Shown one piece after another: positions 61,088-64,000 of a stretch of 64,000 nt of DNA; the stretch's first letter is position 1; every line of letters starts with the position of its first letter. The notes beneath the pieces were generated by a model that was not told where the DNA came from, made no database searches, and worked only from the letters and a program-made list of their open reading frames with translations. Source of the DNA: Macrostomum lignano (Eukaryota); NCBI GenBank assembly GCA_002269645.1, contig NIVC01001291.1:190412-254411 (forward strand). Direction: 5' to 3'. The position numbers were made by a program, and so were the translations under genes.

Positions 61088-63311
61088 CTACAGGTCGGTG
61101 GACACAACCCGCCGGCGACGATAAAACGGCGGCTGCCGCTGCTTTGATTGTGGCGCATCGCCCACGACTTCGCCGACTGAACTTGCTGGTTCCTCAGGCG
61201 CAACGGCGACGGCGAGAGGCACCCATTCGAGTTCCGGCTCGCGGTCGGGCGCCAGGCGGCACGTAAACGCCCGCCCGGTGGCCCTGTCGGTGGGGTAGAC
61301 CACGGCTGGCAGGAACGGCGCCCCGGTCTCCGCGTAGGCGACGAGCCGCTCTCGTAGCTGCGGAAACTGGCGGTGAAGGCTGACGCCGCGCTCGCGCAGC
61401 AATCGCTCCACCCGCGACAAGTAGGCCCAGCGGCGCCGGCGGTCCGCGTCTGCGTCCTCCTCGGTTGTATCCGCGTCTGATTTTGTCCTCGCCGACAGAC
61501 GGAGTTTCGCCCACTTGACGCCGGTGCCAACGACAACGCAGACAACAAAGGCGGTGTCCGGATTGCAGGATTTGCTCGCGTCGGCCAGGTCGCCGGAGAG
61601 AGTTGACAGGTCGAGCAGCGCCGGAGGGCGCATCAGCCCTTCTTTGCCATCGGTTGTTACGAATTGGGCAGCCGCGGCTGAATCGCGAAGTGCCAACAGG
61701 AGACATCCGCGCCAACAAAAGCTCCGAGAGGAGGCGCGGGCCAGACGCGAGAGTAGCGCCACTGCAGGTGAAGTGTCGGCAAGAAGGCAGCCAGCGATGA
61801 CCCTCTTGCAGGCGTCCACTCTTCGATTCCAGCAGCAGGAGCGGCCGTGTGCGCTAGCATGATCGGAGCGGCATTTTTGGCTGCAGTAAAATGTGCGGCA
61901 CTCTCGACAGGAATGGAAGCCGTTAGCAAGACGTCTGTCAAGGTCACAGCGACGAGCGCAAGACGGGTTGGCGCACTCCAATAAGTAGTGCTGACCTTCT
62001 CGTATCACGCCATGGCAGGCCTCGGCCAGACTTCTCTGAGGCTGCTGCAACTTCCGCTCTCTAGTTCCGCTGAGGGCCACGAGGACACGAGAAAGTTTGC
62101 TGGAGGCCTCATAGTCACCCAGCGCCTGCAAGACGTCATCGTCAGCTAGCGAAGGAGACTCCGGACGACGATCGGCACGGTCAGGCCCCCCGCTGTTGAC
62201 GCGAAAGTAGCGCAGCACTTCATCATTGACGGCCAGCAGCTCCTCTTGATGTGCGGTTGTTGGTCGACCTTCGGCGGCATCGTTCTGCCACTCGGCAAGT
62301 CTGCTGCGTTGACGCTCGATCTGAGCCTCAGCAAGCTTCAACAGCTTCGGTGCCGTCATCAGATCGTTCTCGGTCGATGGTCCTGTCGGGTCTACCTGGC
62401 ACGCTAGAAGCCCCGGCAGCAGCTCGGCATCCGAGTGTTGCGTCACTGGTCCGTGATTAACAGTGGGATGCAGGACTCGAGTGTGCACCTGCACTATTGA
62501 CGTCTGAACTACTGTGGACTCCTCTGTCTTCTCTGCTGCTTCCGAATCTCCTGTCTCGCTACTAGTCGACGCAGACGATGACTGAAAATTTGAGGATGTC
62601 GACGTCGTTGATGACGAGGATGTCAGCGAGGCCATAGAAGCGCCCGAGTCCTGCTTTTGAGCTGCTGATGCGTCGGAGCTGCTCATTGGTTGAATCTCCT
62701 CCGGCATAGTTTGAGCCCGAGATTTCGGTTGGAAATCTTCAGGCGTCAGAGTCACGGGCAACAGTGGCGGCCGGTGCAATCTGGCCGCGAGCTCTGAGAG
62801 TGTTGGCGGCCTTGGCTGAGCGGCCGCTGCCTGACGCACCTGCCGGCTGAGACTGCTCTCTGTAAAGAAGCGAGCTCGGTTGCTGATGCTGCCATCGAGT
62901 CGATCGGTCCCTGCACTTGTCTGCTTGATCCTTAAATTTCCATCAGTGCTACTGGCTTTTCCATGATCTGAGCTTCGATTGGTTTGCTTGGACAGGCGCA
63001 TTGGTAAGCTGAGACTGCCGTGTATCGGACGCGTTTTCCAAGTAATCTCATCGACGCTGCCCTTTATCAATGACGATGGCTCGATTGATGTAGCTGACGG
63101 TCTCCATGAGTTCCGGTTCTCCTTGACTCGGAGAGACGTATCTAGTGGTCCCGGTGCGTCTTTAGCAAGGTTATCCAGCCAGACTGGAGCTTCCAGTCGA
63201 GTCAGAGAACGGCAGATGCTCCGCTCGCGCTCTGAATTCGCTCTCTGCTCCAACCACTCAAAGAACAAGCTGGCGCTTCTAACTTTGGCTTGATCGGCGG
63301 CGGCCCGACGG
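61088..63311 (-). CDS. AJM1: Apical junction molecule AJM1/ajm-1 homologue, large terminal exon
   Basis: MYND-like Cys cluster (CANPSC...CRECRTFYCSQKCRSDHASAHGRSC) followed by the family-type tail ERGVSLHRQFPQLRERLVAYAETGAPFLPAVVYPTDRATGRAFTC. Proposed acceptor TTGCCCTCTAG| at 63312 pairs in frame with donor CAG|GTAGCA at 63431 (120-nt intron). Confidence 0.78.
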
Positions 63312-63431
63312 CTAGAGGGCAATTTTAGTCTTTTAAGGCTTTGCTTCAAGGACTCTTAGAAGTTAATGTGTTGACATTGTCGGTTTCCAACAGAGAAGCG
63401 CATGAATGCGACACATCAGCATCGATGCTAC

Positions 63432-64000
63432 CTGTTTCCGACGTCTGAATCCAACAGGTCAGACAGGGACACCGACTTCGGAGCAGTTACTGATGGCTGC
63501 GAGCGCTGCTGAAGCTCTCGACTTTGCTGTTGATCCACCACCAGTCCATCCGTCATCGAATGGGAGGCGTAAACAGCCTCATCGTCACCAGTAACCGTCG
63601 AAGCTGGCGAAGGCTGCCAGAACTCGTGCTGACGTCACTCCAACGCTGATGATTTACCACTGAAGTGGCGCCAGCCGCTCCATTGCTGACGGAATTGCTC
63701 AGACGGGGCAGCGATAGACTTGGTCGGGGCCTCGCGGGTACCGTTTTCACGGCAGCGTAGGCATCTCGAGCAGCCTGCAGCCTGCGCTGGTCAGCCTGCA
63801 GCGAATTCGGACCAGGCAACCGTCCTCTCTGCTGCTGCTGCTGCTGCTCTTGCTGTTGACCTGGTGTCGCCTGCAGAAGCGCTGACTGTTGTTGCGAGCG
63901 CGAACTCGCTGTGGATTTTCCTCCACGTCCGGAGTCGTGAGCCAGGCTCGCTGTCCGATATGATACGTGAACTCAACATCGCCGGCCCCAGTTACAGCCA
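63432..64000 (-). CDS. Probable upstream exon of the AJM1-like gene (low complexity, Q/S-rich), with apparent 1-bp frameshifts; runs off the window
   Basis: Coding-like pieces (QQQEQQQQQQRGRLPGPNSLQ...; SPASTVTGDDEAVY...LLDSDVGN) in successive frames, each joinable by restoring one base (for example near 63613). Confidence 0.45.

Overview
Eukaryotic (animal) genomic DNA. GC-rich exons sit in minisatellite-dense, AT-richer spacers; this style suggests a free-living flatworm such as Macrostomum (inference only). Positions 0.6-21 kb are mostly tandem repeats (6/15/21-bp, 20-bp, 18-bp, 35-bp, GATA, 27-bp and 21-bp units). Positions 22-31 kb hold a spliced SCHIP1 homologue with six exons reconstructed by hand. 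It is preceded by an IQ-motif exon (IQRAWR) that can splice in frame into it, recalling vertebrate IQCJ-SCHIP1. Positions 32.5-56.1 kb are a tandem array with a ~7.37-kb unit and seven TRPV-like 6-TM channel genes in alternating orientation, each uninterrupted over its recognisable coding region. Four are intact and three are frameshifted. All share a near-identical ~750-bp N-terminal block but carry three different S1-S4/extracellular-loop versions. The divergent spacer between them has a tight cluster of IRF-, kB-, AP-1-, CRE- and Forkhead-type motifs. A foldback-type non-autonomous transposon with a 7-8-bp target-site duplication follows (57.3-59.2 kb), then the 3' part of an AJM1/ajm-1 homologue on the minus strand (61.1-64 kb). 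No rRNA, tRNA or CRISPR array is supported. Several single-base frameshifts in homopolymers may be long-read assembly errors.
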